DNA of 64,000 bases from Candidatus Obscuribacteraceae bacterium (GCA_044229845.1 JBGASG010000002.1:1-64000), one strand, 5' to 3'. Counted from the stretch's first letter, positions 19,834 to 30,504 are shown. The notes: generated from the letters alone by a model not told the origin. Translations and numbers: made by a program.

Positions 19834-20098
19834 AGCAAAGGATCCTTGAGTTCGGGAGACGTTTGCATGCTGAAATTGTACAGGAAACCACCGTTAATAG
19901 TTCCTTTGCAATCGGCCCGCCGCCGGCGCCCGAAAGCGGCAATATTGCTGATTTGTTAAAGTTGTCAAGGGATACAAATTTCTGCTCTAAACTGCTAGCA
20001 CTAAGAAATTATCCAACCACCGCTCCTTATATTTTCCGGCTTCGAAGACTGTGCCACAGTCCCAGCTCGAAGCCGTTTTCACACACCGAGGAATTCAA

Positions 20099-21370
20099 AT
20101 GGACACAACCGAAATAGAAGGAAACTTGCGTTACGCACTCAAAGATGAAACGCGCCGCGAACGGCAAAAGACGCTATTCGCCGCGTCTCTAGGGTTGCCG
20201 GTAGGACTGGCGCTTTCACTCGGATTGCCGCTGATTTCGCTGCCTAACGTGGGCGCCTCCCTGGTGGAAATTTTCGCCGCCACTATCGTGGCACCGCCAC
20301 TGGTTGCCGCTCTGCAGCGCCGCGCGCGCAACAAGGGCTGGCCGATTTCGGCTGAGTTTCTTGGTTACTTTGGTGCCGGTTTGGGCAGCCTGGGTGCTCT
20401 TTTGAACCTTCCAGGCACGAAACTTTCACTCTCATTTCTGGAGGACCAGTACGAAAGCGAGGGACGCTATTCGCTGGCGCAACGCATTCACCAACTGGCT
20501 AACCCAAAACTCAAAGACAACGGCGGAACGCTGACGCACATCCAACTGACCGAGCAGACTGAGTTGCTGCAACTGCTGTTCAACGGAGGACAATACGAAC
20601 AATGCATGAGACTTGGAGAAAAACTATTACTGGCCTCTTCGCGGACTTATTACGAAGATTCTTCCGACGTCAACCAGATTGCGTTATGGAACGTGCAGTC
20701 GCTGCTCGTGGTGCTTTTCAACGCCACCGGGCAAGGTGAGAAGGCCAAAGCAATCTGGTCTAATCTGAAATCGATGCGCGAATTCAGCGAAGCCGCAGAT
20801 AAAGCGCAGATCGCTTACGCCTACAAAGGCATGACGCGCGCCGGCGTCGCTGTCGAAGATTACTGGACTGCCCTGCGTTATGCCAAGCTTGCGCATGACT
20901 GCTACGAGCGAGCCGAATTGAGCTGCAAGCTGTTGTCCGGTGAAATCGCTCTCGACCTGGCGCACTGCCACCTGAAGTTGGGGCAAGTACAAGAAGCCGA
21001 AATGGAGATCGCGAATGCCCTGCAAGAATGGAAAGTGGTGCTCAGCCCCTATGCCGCACGCATGAGCGAAGCGTATTACTTGTTTGGTCTGCTGGAAAAA
21101 CAAAACGGCGAACTGGAAAAGGCCGCCTGGCAATTCAACCGTGCCGCCTCCGTTTTGAGGCAGCGCACCGGCAAGCGCAGTTTGCAAATGCTACCCATAC
21201 TGGTGGCACTGCGAGAGTGCTTGACGAGCCTCGAGCGCGAACCGGCCGCCCATGCCGTCGGCAGAGAACTGGCTGAGATTTGCGAGAGCTTCAACTGCAA
21301 ACCCACCGCGTGCGCCACATTGACGCACGCCGCACGGACCGCCATAATGACCGATGAATGCAAGGACTAA
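20099..21370 (+). CDS. Membrane-associated TPR-like protein
   Basis: Hydrophobic N-terminal segments, then TPR-like helices; GAGGA RBS before ATG 20099. Confidence 0.75.
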   Translation: MDTTEIEGNLRYALKDETRRERQKTLFAASLGLPVGLALSLGLPLISLPNVGASLVEIFAATIVAPPLVAALQRRARNKGWPISAEFLGYFGAGLGSLGALLNLPGTKLSLSFLEDQYESEGRYSLAQRIHQLANPKLKDNGGTLTHIQLTEQTELLQLLFNGGQYEQCMRLGEKLLLASSRTYYEDSSDVNQIALWNVQSLLVVLFNATGQGEKAKAIWSNLKSMREFSEAADKAQIAYAYKGMTRAGVAVEDYWTALRYAKLAHDCYERAELSCKLLSGEIALDLAHCHLKLGQVQEAEMEIANALQEWKVVLSPYAARMSEAYYLFGLLEKQNGELEKAAWQFNRAASVLRQRTGKRSLQMLPILVALRECLTSLEREPAAHAVGRELAEICESFNCKPTACATLTHAARTAIMTDECKD

Positions 21371-21729
21371 ATTTCATCTCTGATTCTTTTCAGATGGTCA
21401 CGTGCGCAGTTCGCGAACTTCCGTCACTGTTTGTGTTTATGATCGGCGCCTTGCTCTCTCTGACGTTGATTCAACGGAAACAGATCAGACCTTGGCTGAT
21501 GCTGTCCTCTATGTTGTTCTTAAGCGGTTCGTCGTTGCTGGCACTGGCACATCGCACCTGGAGCAGTTTTGGCGCCATAGGTACACAGAGTATGGAGGGA
21601 GACACAGTTAAGGTCGTTCACGATTCGCTGTATCTCCTCATGACGTTTCTCACAGCAATTGGGCTAATTCTCCTGCTGCTGGCGATGTTCATGAAGTCTG
21701 CTCAGCCCTCGTCGACTGCACGGGGGTAA
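21358..21729 (+). CDS. Small 3-TM membrane protein
   Basis: Three hydrophobic segments; operon-like overlap with the previous gene. Confidence 0.7.
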   Translation: MQGLNFISDSFQMVTCAVRELPSLFVFMIGALLSLTLIQRKQIRPWLMLSSMLFLSGSSLLALAHRTWSSFGAIGTQSMEGDTVKVVHDSLYLLMTFLTAIGLILLLLAMFMKSAQPSSTARG

Positions 21730-21732
21730 AGC

Positions 21733-22083
21733 ATGGATTTCGACTTCGGCGAATTCATGGTCAGGACGCTTCTCAGTGTTCCGCTTGTGTTGATTGAAAT
21801 AACCGGAGTCGTATTGGCACTGGTCAAACGCAAGTCACTCGGCAAAGCTATCACCATTTTGGCGGTCGCCGGCTTTATCTGGCTGTTGCTTGGTGCGGTT
21901 GTCGGCACCGGAGGCAAAGCGTGGCGAGATGCTTCCATGACAGATGGTCACTCGCCTGAGACGTATGTCACGGGCACTGAGATACTCATCGAAACCGTGT
22001 TGCGCAGCTTCTGCGAAACCATCGGTTACATCTGCCTGGTCGCGGCAGCGTTCAAAACAATCCGCTCGACACAACCAGAGTAA
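21733..22083 (+). CDS. Small 3-TM membrane protein
   Basis: Same apparent topology as the previous gene; 3-bp spacing. Confidence 0.75.
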   Translation: MDFDFGEFMVRTLLSVPLVLIEITGVVLALVKRKSLGKAITILAVAGFIWLLLGAVVGTGGKAWRDASMTDGHSPETYVTGTEILIETVLRSFCETIGYICLVAAAFKTIRSTQPE

Positions 22084-22087
22084 CTCT

Positions 22088-23134
22088 ATGGAACGGCGCA
22101 GTTTTCTCAAGCACACATTGCAGACAGTTCTGCTGCTCGGCGCCGGTGCCCTGTCATGGAAAGCGGCGGTAGCGAAAGCGCCGTCATCAGCCACAACTGT
22201 GCAGCGCATCGCATTCGGCTCTTGCGCCAATCAGAATTCTCCGCAACCGGTCTGGGACGTGATTCTGCAAGCCAAGCCGGACTTGTTTCTTTTCATCGGA
22301 GACAACATTTATGCCGACACCGAAGACATGGGCGAGATGCAACGCAAATACAAGCAACTCGGCAGCAAACCCGAGTTCGCCAATTTCAGATCTAATGTCC
22401 CGGTGTTAGCCACCTGGGACGACCATGACTACGGTATCAATGACGGTGGCATCGAATATCCCAAGAAAGAGCAGAGCAAGAAACTTTTGCTCGATTTCTT
22501 TGGTGAACCGGCAGACTCTCTGCGCCGGCAGCGCCCCGGTATCTTTACGTCGTACTACTTCGGTGCGCCAGGTAAGCGCCTGCAAGTGATACTGCTGGAT
22601 CTGCGCTGGTTCCGCACGCCGCTGAATGTTGATCCGAAAAGCCATGACTACCTGCCCGTAACTGCTGCGGACGCCGAACTGGTCGGCAGCGAGCAATGGA
22701 AGTGGCTCGAAAATGAGTTGAAGCAGCCGGCGGATCTGAGACTGATTGCCAGCAGCATTCAATTTTGCTCGCCTGAGCATCCCTGGGAAAAGTGGTCGAA
22801 TTACCCAAAAGATAAGGCGCGAATTCTAGCGCTCTTCGACGAGTTGAAAATCAAGAATGCCTTCTTCATCTCCGGCGACATGCACTATGGCGAGCTGTCG
22901 GCGGAGAAGACTCCTCAGGGCTTTGAAGTTTTCGACGTCACTTCCAGCGGTATGAACTTAGTTGAGTCCGGATCACAGTTCAAGAATAGAAACCGCATCA
23001 GTCTCTTCGACAGAACTCCCAACTTCGGATTTATCGAAATAGACTGGGCGAAGAAACCAGTGTCTGTAAGCCTGCAAGTTCGGTCAAGCCTCGGCGCTAT
23101 ACCGATTCGCCACGACACCACCTTCGCGAACTGA
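22088..23134 (+). CDS. phoD: PhoD-family alkaline phosphatase, Tat-exported, single-domain form
   Basis: ERRSFLK Tat motif; FGSC, GDNIYAD, WDDHD, ISGDMH motifs. Confidence 0.92.
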   Translation: MERRSFLKHTLQTVLLLGAGALSWKAAVAKAPSSATTVQRIAFGSCANQNSPQPVWDVILQAKPDLFLFIGDNIYADTEDMGEMQRKYKQLGSKPEFANFRSNVPVLATWDDHDYGINDGGIEYPKKEQSKKLLLDFFGEPADSLRRQRPGIFTSYYFGAPGKRLQVILLDLRWFRTPLNVDPKSHDYLPVTAADAELVGSEQWKWLENELKQPADLRLIASSIQFCSPEHPWEKWSNYPKDKARILALFDELKIKNAFFISGDMHYGELSAEKTPQGFEVFDVTSSGMNLVESGSQFKNRNRISLFDRTPNFGFIEIDWAKKPVSVSLQVRSSLGAIPIRHDTTFAN

Positions 23135-23333
23135 TCGAATGAGACACCGCGTGGCGACCGAACTGAACGCATTCAGGATTCAATGACGAACGCCCGATCA
23201 TCAGCAAAGTGTGAGACAATAGAAATGTCCGAACTTAAGGGATTTCATCGGACATTCGCGGTTGTGTTTCCGTAAGCTGCTCGATTACCGGGTTGCGTTC
23301 AATTAAATCCTCCACTGGCCAAGCCATGAGCGA

Positions 23334-23909
23334 TTGATGAACGACGCGCCTTACAATAAGGACGGGGCTGCAAAACCACCCGAATTGACGTTCCTTCATG
23401 ATTTTGTTTGCGAATGTCCCGATCCCTCCATTCGCACAACTATTCGAGCGCTCGTTGATTTGTGGCTGTCCCGTCCGACTTCAACGCCACATCTCGATTC
23501 GCTGAGTCAGCTCCAAGTGGTGCTGAACAGTGAAGACTGGCTGCACATATCCTGGCTGCTGGCTATAAATCCCAACACGCCGGCCTCCGTTTTACAAGAC
23601 TTGTGCTCTGAAGGGAGCCCACAGCTTCTTGAGCGCATTGCAGAAAACGGGCGCACCAGCCCTTCTACTTTGACCACATTGTCCTGTCAGGCTTACGCAG
23701 AGGTGCGTATCGCCGCCGCTTCCAACCCCAACACTCCGCTCGCATCAATAATGGTGTTAATCAATGACTTAGATGCGGACGTGCGATACAGCCTTGCCGA
23801 GAATCATCAACTGGACAAATCGGCATTAGACTTTCTGTCGCATGACGAGAATGCATTCGTGAAGTTTCGCGCGGAGAAAACGATCAGTCGACTCAGGCGT
23901 CCGGGCTAA
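23334..23909 (+). CDS. Leucine-rich-repeat-variant (LRV/HEAT-like) protein
   Basis: Repeated A.NPNTP and D..VR..AEN units. Confidence 0.8.
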   Translation: MMNDAPYNKDGAAKPPELTFLHDFVCECPDPSIRTTIRALVDLWLSRPTSTPHLDSLSQLQVVLNSEDWLHISWLLAINPNTPASVLQDLCSEGSPQLLERIAENGRTSPSTLTTLSCQAYAEVRIAAASNPNTPLASIMVLINDLDADVRYSLAENHQLDKSALDFLSHDENAFVKFRAEKTISRLRRPG

Positions 23910-24051
23910 CGCCACGCACCGATCAAGCGTATAATGCAATCAGATATAGGCTATTAAAACGAGTGGCCGCATAAAACGGGCTGCAAGCTGCTGTTATTTC
24001 TAGTCGTCTGCTCAGAGTCAGTACAGACAGCATCTTACAGTCGAGGTCATT

Positions 24052-24738
24052 ATGAAGAAACCGCCGCTGAGACGGGCCGCATGGCTTCGTCCAATAGCAC
24101 GCGACCACGGAGTCGCCTTGCTCTGCGCTCATTTCGCCTGGAAAGCCATTCGCGCGCCGTACACAGAACGCCTGATATTTGCCGCTCAAATACGCGTTCT
24201 TTGCCAGAATTCCATCCTCGAGTACCTTGAAGATGAGCAGTGGGTTTTAACGCCTGTGATTGGTGATGCAGATTTGCGCCAGGAACTTCACCGTCGCCAC
24301 AACCTGCTCAGGCTCTTGATCGAAGAATTGAACAAAATCACTCTCGCTACAGATCCCGGACTCGGTTTGCTGGCCAGTCTTGCTGACGGTCTGGACGGCT
24401 GCGTGCGTTGGGAGCAACACGAGCTGTTCCCGCGCATCGAAGAAGGAATCGAACGAGATCAGGTGCAGCGGCTGACGCAATTAACCAAAAAGATCGAAAG
24501 AAATCGCCAGCGCCCTACACAAGTAAGGCAAAGACAGATTCGGCGCTTTAACATGGCCTATCGCGACCGGATCTCTACTCTACAGGACAACTTTGATGGT
24601 GACGGCGCCGACAGCCGTGGCACAAATGAGGCAACTCGCTCAGCCGGCATCATCAGCGTCACAGCCAACATCTACGCCTTCGACGAAGATTTCCGCGGGC
24701 GTCGCGGCAAGCCGGTATCGGACGATTCCGACTATTAG
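24052..24738 (+). CDS. Hemerythrin-like domain protein
   Basis: L.PIARDH...EEQ-like...H...RWEQHELFP pattern; some His ligands appear substituted; GAGG RBS. Confidence 0.65.
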   Translation: MKKPPLRRAAWLRPIARDHGVALLCAHFAWKAIRAPYTERLIFAAQIRVLCQNSILEYLEDEQWVLTPVIGDADLRQELHRRHNLLRLLIEELNKITLATDPGLGLLASLADGLDGCVRWEQHELFPRIEEGIERDQVQRLTQLTKKIERNRQRPTQVRQRQIRRFNMAYRDRISTLQDNFDGDGADSRGTNEATRSAGIISVTANIYAFDEDFRGRRGKPVSDDSDY

Positions 24739-25124
24739 CGCAAGTTGTGCTTCACCTGCTTACGCAGGGTTCCGTAGTTTTTTCCTGCCCGCGGCTGGAT
24801 CACGAACACTGCCATACCGCCAACCATAATCGTAAGACCGAGTTGGGACAGCAAACGCATAATATCTATGGCATTGCTGGGCGGACCGCTCGCCACCACC
24901 TGTGGTACCGGAGGCGGAGCCACACCAAGCACCGGTGCTTCTTTCTTAGGAGCCACCGGCTCGGTTTCCGCCGCGTACATCACTTGCGGAGGATTCCAGA
25001 GCAAGGAATATCCGACTGCCTTGGTGGGCAATCCCGGAGTAATGCGCATCCATGGTGGGCAGAGGATCATTCCGGTCATGATCGCCACACCGATCCACAC
25101 AATACTCCATTTAAAACTGTCCAA
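24735..25124 (-). CDS. Small membrane protein
   Basis: Two TM segments and a PPW motif; TTG start after AAGGA. Confidence 0.7.
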   Translation of the reverse strand: MDSFKWSIVWIGVAIMTGMILCPPWMRITPGLPTKAVGYSLLWNPPQVMYAAETEPVAPKKEAPVLGVAPPPVPQVVASGPPSNAIDIMRLLSQLGLTIMVGGMAVFVIQPRAGKNYGTLRKQVKHNLR

Positions 25125-25143
25125 TTGAGAGTCCTTGTTTTAG

Positions 25144-25491
25144 TTAGTTATTCAGAGGCGGATCATATTCAGCGATCAGCTGTAACTGGACAGTGGCACG
25201 ATCTACGTAGGTGGAACTGGGCATGCCCAGGTAGAACACGAACAGGTCACTGTCATTCCCGCCTTTGTGATGCCAGAGGTCTCGGATGTTCTTAAACTGT
25301 GCTTGCACGTCCGCCGACGCGTCGGCACCTTCCCCGAAGTAGAGAACAGTGTGCGCCTTCGGTCGGTTAGCTGCGTCACGTTTGAACGTGACAGCAAACA
25401 CAGCCGGGAACTTGTCCGGTATCACGCCGCCCGCAAGAGTACCGGCCCCTCTGAAACGAAACCGCTTTTTACGGCCCCAAGAAATACCCAT
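25144..25491 (-). CDS. Degenerate GIY-YIG-like protein
   Basis: PAVFAV...VLYFGE...LIAEYDPPLN follows the GIY-YIG layout; GAGGTG RBS. Confidence 0.6.
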   Translation of the reverse strand: MGISWGRKKRFRFRGAGTLAGGVIPDKFPAVFAVTFKRDAANRPKAHTVLYFGEGADASADVQAQFKNIRDLWHHKGGNDSDLFVFYLGMPSSTYVDRATVQLQLIAEYDPPLNN

Positions 25492-25503
25492 GACGGACAC
25501 CTC

Positions 25504-25776
25504 TTAATAGCGACTACCGTTGTTACGCGGTTTGGGAGTGGACATATTGACCTTCAGCGGTCTTCCTGAGAAATCACGGCCATCCAGACTTTTGATGGCG
25601 GCTTCGGCAGCTGCTTGCGTTTCCATCTCAACGAAACCAAACCCGCGCAATCTGCCGGTGTCTCTATCCTTGGGCAGCACAGCCGAGACTACTCCGCCGT
25701 GCTGGCTGAACAGCTGCTGCAACTCGTCCTCAGTAACGTTGTAGGACAAGTTACCCACGAAAAGCTTGTTATTCAT
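25504..25776 (-). CDS. rbp: RRM RNA-binding protein (cyanobacterial Rbp-like)
   Basis: RNP2 LFVGNL and RNP1 RGFGFVEM. Confidence 0.95.
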   Translation of the reverse strand: MNNKLFVGNLSYNVTEDELQQLFSQHGGVVSAVLPKDRDTGRLRGFGFVEMETQAAAEAAIKSLDGRDFSGRPLKVNMSTPKPRNNGSRY

Positions 25777-25959
25777 TTTTCAACCTTCGACCGCGCCGCT
25801 TTCAAACAAGGAAATGAATCGAAGATTGAGAACAAACAGAGGTCATAAACTCATACCTGTTGCCATTATCGCACACTTCGCGACAAAAAAGGCGGAAATC
25901 CCAGAAACTGTCAGCGTTTCGGGGCCCGCAGTGCGTTACAGGCATGCCATCGTATTTGG

Positions 25960-26985
25960 TTACAGCCCGGACCGATGCCTCGAGAAGAACTCCCAGATAA
26001 CGCGGTTGGCATCGAAGTCACGGCACACCGGTCCGACGATGGCCCTGGGTAGATACTGTTCACCATCGGGCCAGGTATGACCACCGCCCTGAATCTCGTA
26101 GAACAAGACTTCGCTCGGGCTGTCATCGCTGCCGTATTGCTCGGAGAATGCCCGGCAGCCATCACCTCGATCCTTGTTGGCGATCTCCTGTTTCACAGGC
26201 GTCGCAGTATTCTTGTTGTGCGCCAGCCAGAACTTTAACGCATCGCGCCCGGAGGCAACCTGTCCGCGTTTCTTCCTGAGCAGCTTTCCACCGACCTGTC
26301 CGCCCTGCCACGGCACCAGTGGATCCGCGGTGCCCAGCAGCATTAGAACCGGCACGGGCGGTCCTGTCAGGTCACGCCACTGGGTCGGAACAGTTGCCAC
26401 CACCGGCGCCACCGCTGCCAACTTGTTCGGACATTTAAGAGCCAGATACTGACTGAAGAAACCTCCGTTGGAGATGCCTGTTGCATACACTCTGGTCGGA
26501 TCGGCAATTTTGTCGGCGACGAGGCTGTCGATCAGTTTGGAGATGAAACCAACATCGTCGTAGTACTTTTCTGACAGATCGGGACGACCGTCGTTCCAGT
26601 GACGGTCCATGCCATTTGGGTAAGCGACGACGAAACCCTTTTCGTCAGCCAGAGCCGCCAGACCGCCGACAGCTTTGTCCGTTCCGCGAGCCTGCCCGCC
26701 GCCGCCGTGAAATAAAAGGACCAGCGGAGCTGGTTTCGTCGCAGATTTTGGAACGTAGAGAAAATACTCGCGCTCTACACCCTCATGTTGAATCACTTTC
26801 AATTCGGGCTTGCCTGCGCCGGAGAAATCCCGCATGCCACTGGGCATCAAACGACGCCGGGTGCGCGCTTGCGCATCGCCGGACTCGCCTGCCGCGATGG
26901 CGGCAACAAGTACTACCAGCAAACAAACTAAGGCTGCGCCGGCTTTTCCGAGACCTGATACTGAGGCACGTGTTCGAGCATCCAT
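25960..26985 (-). CDS. PHB-depolymerase/LpqP-like esterase
   Basis: FHGGG, YPNG, DDVGFI, GISNGG, GGHTWP motifs. Confidence 0.9.
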   Translation of the reverse strand: MDARTRASVSGLGKAGAALVCLLVVLVAAIAAGESGDAQARTRRRLMPSGMRDFSGAGKPELKVIQHEGVEREYFLYVPKSATKPAPLVLLFHGGGGQARGTDKAVGGLAALADEKGFVVAYPNGMDRHWNDGRPDLSEKYYDDVGFISKLIDSLVADKIADPTRVYATGISNGGFFSQYLALKCPNKLAAVAPVVATVPTQWRDLTGPPVPVLMLLGTADPLVPWQGGQVGGKLLRKKRGQVASGRDALKFWLAHNKNTATPVKQEIANKDRGDGCRAFSEQYGSDDSPSEVLFYEIQGGGHTWPDGEQYLPRAIVGPVCRDFDANRVIWEFFSRHRSGL

Positions 26986-27800
26986 TTCGCTTCTCCGTCT
27001 CCGAGTTCGACAGCCTTGTTCAACATTGAACGTGCCGCTTTCACATCTTTCGGCAACCCATAGCCATTAGCCATCATATCCGCCAGAAACATCATCGCAT
27101 CCGTATCACCCTCGGCAATCTCCGCTTGCAGTAGAATCACGGCTTTGTTGAAATTCTTCTCGGACAAACCGGTGTTCTGCTCGACGCCCCAACCGTTCTG
27201 GTAGAGAAGTCCGGCCACATAACTTAGCTGTCCGACGCGGGGATGTTTCTTCCCTTCAGCAATCACAGATTCAGCCGACTTCGCATACCAGACACTTGCT
27301 TCTTTGAGATCGGGCTCGCACCCCAGTCCAAATCTGACATGTTCGGCATAGTTGAAAGTCGCCGATTGATCGCCTTTCAATGCCGACTGTTTCAACAGGT
27401 TCAACGCCTCGGGAAGGTTTTGTTCGACAATCCAGCCTTTGGTTAGAAACTGCGCGCGCCCAGCCATGCCTCCGGCGTTGCCCAGCGCAGCAGCCTTGTC
27501 GAAATACTCCAGCGCCAGGGCACGATCTTTTTTGATGTCGCCGTTGCCGAAATAGTAAGCTTGTCCCAGCTCCCAGAGGGACTGCGCGTTTCCTTTCTGC
27601 GCTTCTTCCTGTAGTTTCTTCAGAGCCACTGCATCGATCGCTTTCATTTGCGCCGTGGTCTGTGCCACCACAGGCGGGGTCAGCACGGGCAGACCCGAAA
27701 GCAAAATCACCAATAGAGCCACCTGGTTTCGTCGCACGCAATAAACTCCAGAATCGCTTTGCCCTACGTATATACCACGCCCCGGGAAATTACCATACAC
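26928..27800 (-). CDS. Sel1-like repeat protein
   Basis: Repeated LG..Y..G.G...D...A..W/Y..KAA..G units; true start probably somewhat downstream of 27800. Confidence 0.85.
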   Translation of the reverse strand: MYGNFPGRGIYVGQSDSGVYCVRRNQVALLVILLSGLPVLTPPVVAQTTAQMKAIDAVALKKLQEEAQKGNAQSLWELGQAYYFGNGDIKKDRALALEYFDKAAALGNAGGMAGRAQFLTKGWIVEQNLPEALNLLKQSALKGDQSATFNYAEHVRFGLGCEPDLKEASVWYAKSAESVIAEGKKHPRVGQLSYVAGLLYQNGWGVEQNTGLSEKNFNKAVILLQAEIAEGDTDAMMFLADMMANGYGLPKDVKAARSMLNKAVELGDGEAKWMLEHVPQYQVSEKPAQP

Positions 27801-27803
27801 TCG

Positions 27804-27836
27804 AAAAGAAACGCACGGCTTTCGCCGTGCGCTTCT
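27804..27836 (-). terminator. Intrinsic terminator
   Basis: CGCACGGC-GAAA-GCCGTGCG hairpin followed by TTTCTTTT on the minus strand. Confidence 0.8.
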
Positions 27837-27877
27837 CGCTTCATTTCAGTTCGATAAACGAACCGGAACGGTGCAAA

Positions 27878-28354
27878 CTACTTGCTGAAAGTGAGTTCCC
27901 AGGAGTCCTTGCTCATCTTCGGTTCGAAGTTGAATCCGAATTCTTTGCCGATCTTCGACCAGGAAGCAGCGCACTGCTCGCCCATCTTTTGCTCGTCTTC
28001 TTGGCTTAACTTGCCGGCGCAAAGCTTTTCGGAAGCATTCCACATTCCGCAAGAGAGGTACTTCAGGGTAGCTTTCTTGTCGTCGCCGTGGATTTCCATT
28101 TCGCTGCCGAATACGTTGTGTTCGGTTTCGCCGATGGCTTTTACGAGATCCATCGGAGTTTTGATGTTCAATGTTTTGTAGTAGTTCAGTTTGTGTTGGG
28201 TGAGCTTATCTTGAAACTCTTGAACAGCTTTTTGATCCAACTTGGAAATGACTTCGTAAGCCGATACCCAGGTTGCAGCAAGAATGCTAGCGTTGCGTTC
28301 TGCGGTCTTTTTAGCGTCCCATTTTGTTTCAACTTTAGTCGTTGTTGTAGTCAT
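27878..28354 (-). CDS. Hypothetical protein (possible V4R-like fold)
   Basis: AGGAGAGG RBS; spaced Cys residues (CGMW...C...C). Confidence 0.75.
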   Translation of the reverse strand: MTTTTTKVETKWDAKKTAERNASILAATWVSAYEVISKLDQKAVQEFQDKLTQHKLNYYKTLNIKTPMDLVKAIGETEHNVFGSEMEIHGDDKKATLKYLSCGMWNASEKLCAGKLSQEDEQKMGEQCAASWSKIGKEFGFNFEPKMSKDSWELTFSK

Positions 28355-28560
28355 AGTGCCTCTCCTAACCGATTGGGAATGCACTAATTCTAGGCACGCA
28401 AACTGCGATTGTGAGTTCATTTAAGAGTTAATTCGGAATCCCGCAACGCAGCTTGATTAAATGACCTGAGACGCGCACGGGCTGGGATTTAATCTGCGCA
28501 CTGCCTAAATTTTGCCGTTCTCCCGTTGACTACGCCAGCTACAGCAGTGAGGCTCCCGCC

Positions 28561-29226
28561 ATGAAACAGCAACCGCAAGGGTTTTCCAAAGAAGGTGCAT
28601 TCGGAAGAAGCTGGGGCAAGTTGAACGGGCGCGCCCAGAGCGAAGCGGGCGCAAGCGAGAAAGGGCTCGTAGTGAGCCATGCCAAACAAGACTTAAATGC
28701 AAACATACTGAAATCAATCAATAACGACGAGCCTGCAGATGCGCAGTCACTGCCGGTGGCGACACAACGGCAGAAGCTGGCATTGCGCATCGCGACGAAG
28801 CCCGCATATATAAAGACGGAAGTGACTGCCACCAATTTAGGACCGAAGGAAGTTTTGTCGGTCATGTGGGAGCACTTTTCGTTGATTGCTGAGCAGCACA
28901 ATGCCACACCCGGTTCAGTGCACGTCGACTTGCCGCAGCACATCAGCGGAACTAGCCGCGCCACGATGACGACTTCGTCGCATGCGTTGATCTTGATTCC
29001 AGACGCAGACGCTATACGCCTTTACGTATTGCCGATCGAACTGACCCGCGGTGCTTACAACGGACCGGCGTTCGAGCCCAACTGCGTTCTGGTCATGACC
29101 GAACACGAGGGTACCGTCCAGTGGCAAACCAAGGCCGGCTCACCGCTGACGATGGCAGTAATGAATGCTACGTGCCACAGCTTGTTTCAATCGCTGATAT
29201 CGCTATCTGCATGCACGTCTGGTTAG
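28561..29226 (+). CDS. Hypothetical protein
   Basis: 221-aa ORF with GAGG RBS. Confidence 0.65.
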   Translation: MKQQPQGFSKEGAFGRSWGKLNGRAQSEAGASEKGLVVSHAKQDLNANILKSINNDEPADAQSLPVATQRQKLALRIATKPAYIKTEVTATNLGPKEVLSVMWEHFSLIAEQHNATPGSVHVDLPQHISGTSRATMTTSSHALILIPDADAIRLYVLPIELTRGAYNGPAFEPNCVLVMTEHEGTVQWQTKAGSPLTMAVMNATCHSLFQSLISLSACTSG

Positions 29227-29400
29227 AGTTCTTTGACGTCCTCCCCTCCCTGAAGGAAGGGGATTCCGGCTAAGCAGCCGAAGCCGCCGACACGGTGGGT
29301 TCCTGCTTCGCCGAGGCACCCATCGGCACCTCTCCACAGGCTATAACGGCGCGCCCCGCCGCCAGTATGTTGCGCGCTGCATTGAGATCAGCATTTTCAG
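29213..29400 (-). ncRNA. Predicted omegaRNA (reRNA) with flanking guide; 5' end uncertain
   Basis: Established TnpB biology: RNA from the right end overlapping the tnpB 3' end, with the guide taken from the flank. Confidence 0.6.
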
Positions 29401-30481
29401 CCTCTCCACATGCAACACACTTGAACTTTTCCTGGGCAGTTCTATTGCCGGCATCAGTATGTCCACATTTAGCACACATTCGGCTTGTGTTTCGCGGCGC
29501 CACCGCAATCACAATGCCCCCTTGCCACAACTGCTTGTACTCCAGCTGGCGCCGAAACTCTCCCCAGCCCTGATCTAATATTGCCTTGTTTAATCCGGCT
29601 TTCGCTCTGACATTTGTTCCAGGTCTCTCCAACGTACCAGCAGCTGACGCACTCATTCCCTTCACACAAAGATCTTCTATCACTACCATCGCGTGGTTCT
29701 TGCAGATGGTCTTGGTGCTCTTGTGCAGAAAGTCTCTCCGACATTCGGCGATTCGCATGTGCAGCTGCTTAACGCGCTTCAATTGCTTCCTCCAATTGGC
29801 TCCGAACTTGCGCTTTCGCGACATCTGCCGCTGCGCCTTCGCCAGCCGTTTCTCGTTCCTCCTGTAGTGATTTTCCGGCTCGTACACAGTGCCATCAGAT
29901 AACGTGGCAAATCTCGCAACCCCCATATCTATCCCTACCATCGAGTCGTTGACTCGCTCTTTGCCGATCAATTCACGCTCTGTCTGGATGCTCACGTACC
30001 ACCGTCCGCACTTTCGAACCACTGTAACTTGCTTGATCGCACCTGCTATTTCCCGACTCTTTCGGTATCGCATCCATCCCAATTTAGGCAAGAAGATCCT
30101 GCCATTCACCTCATCGTGCTTGATCTGTTTCGGATCTGGATAACGAAATCCATCCTGTCTCCCTCGTCTGTGAAACTTCGGTAACCCGCCGCGACCACCA
30201 AAGAAATTGCCGTACGCTCGCTCTAGATCTTTCAGCGCTTGCTGAAGTGGATGTGTTGGTGCCTCCGCCAAAAACGACTTTTCTTTCAAATGCCGCCACT
30301 TTGTAAGTTCTCTGCACAGCGCAGCATATCCCAATCTTGATTCACCAGATTCAAAACGCCGCTTCTGCAATGCCAGCGCTTCGTTATACACAAAGCGTCG
30401 GCAACCAGCAAAGCGTGCCATTTTGCGCTCTTGCGTTGGCGTCGCCATCAACTGAAATTTGTATGCTTGCAGTCGTTTCAT
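29270..30481 (-). CDS. tnpB: TnpB RNA-guided endonuclease
   Basis: N-terminal HTH; RuvC residues in GIDMG, VIEDL and NADLNAA; zinc ribbon CAKC...CVAC. Confidence 0.95.
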   Translation of the reverse strand: MKRLQAYKFQLMATPTQERKMARFAGCRRFVYNEALALQKRRFESGESRLGYAALCRELTKWRHLKEKSFLAEAPTHPLQQALKDLERAYGNFFGGRGGLPKFHRRGRQDGFRYPDPKQIKHDEVNGRIFLPKLGWMRYRKSREIAGAIKQVTVVRKCGRWYVSIQTERELIGKERVNDSMVGIDMGVARFATLSDGTVYEPENHYRRNEKRLAKAQRQMSRKRKFGANWRKQLKRVKQLHMRIAECRRDFLHKSTKTICKNHAMVVIEDLCVKGMSASAAGTLERPGTNVRAKAGLNKAILDQGWGEFRRQLEYKQLWQGGIVIAVAPRNTSRMCAKCGHTDAGNRTAQEKFKCVACGEAENADLNAARNILAAGRAVIACGEVPMGASAKQEPTVSAASAA

Positions 30482-30504
30482 ACATTGAATTATACTGTTG
30501 GTCT

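Noticed and set aside
23224..23256. AATGTCCGA/TCGGACATT inverted repeat upstream of the LRV gene
   Set aside because: The repeat is real but cannot be assigned as terminator or operator, and it is unrelated to the operator at the other LRV gene.
29270..30481. TnpB as a Cas12f or a domesticated TldR-type regulator
   Set aside because: There is no array, the RuvC triad is intact, and the gene lies inside complete IS ends with tnpA.
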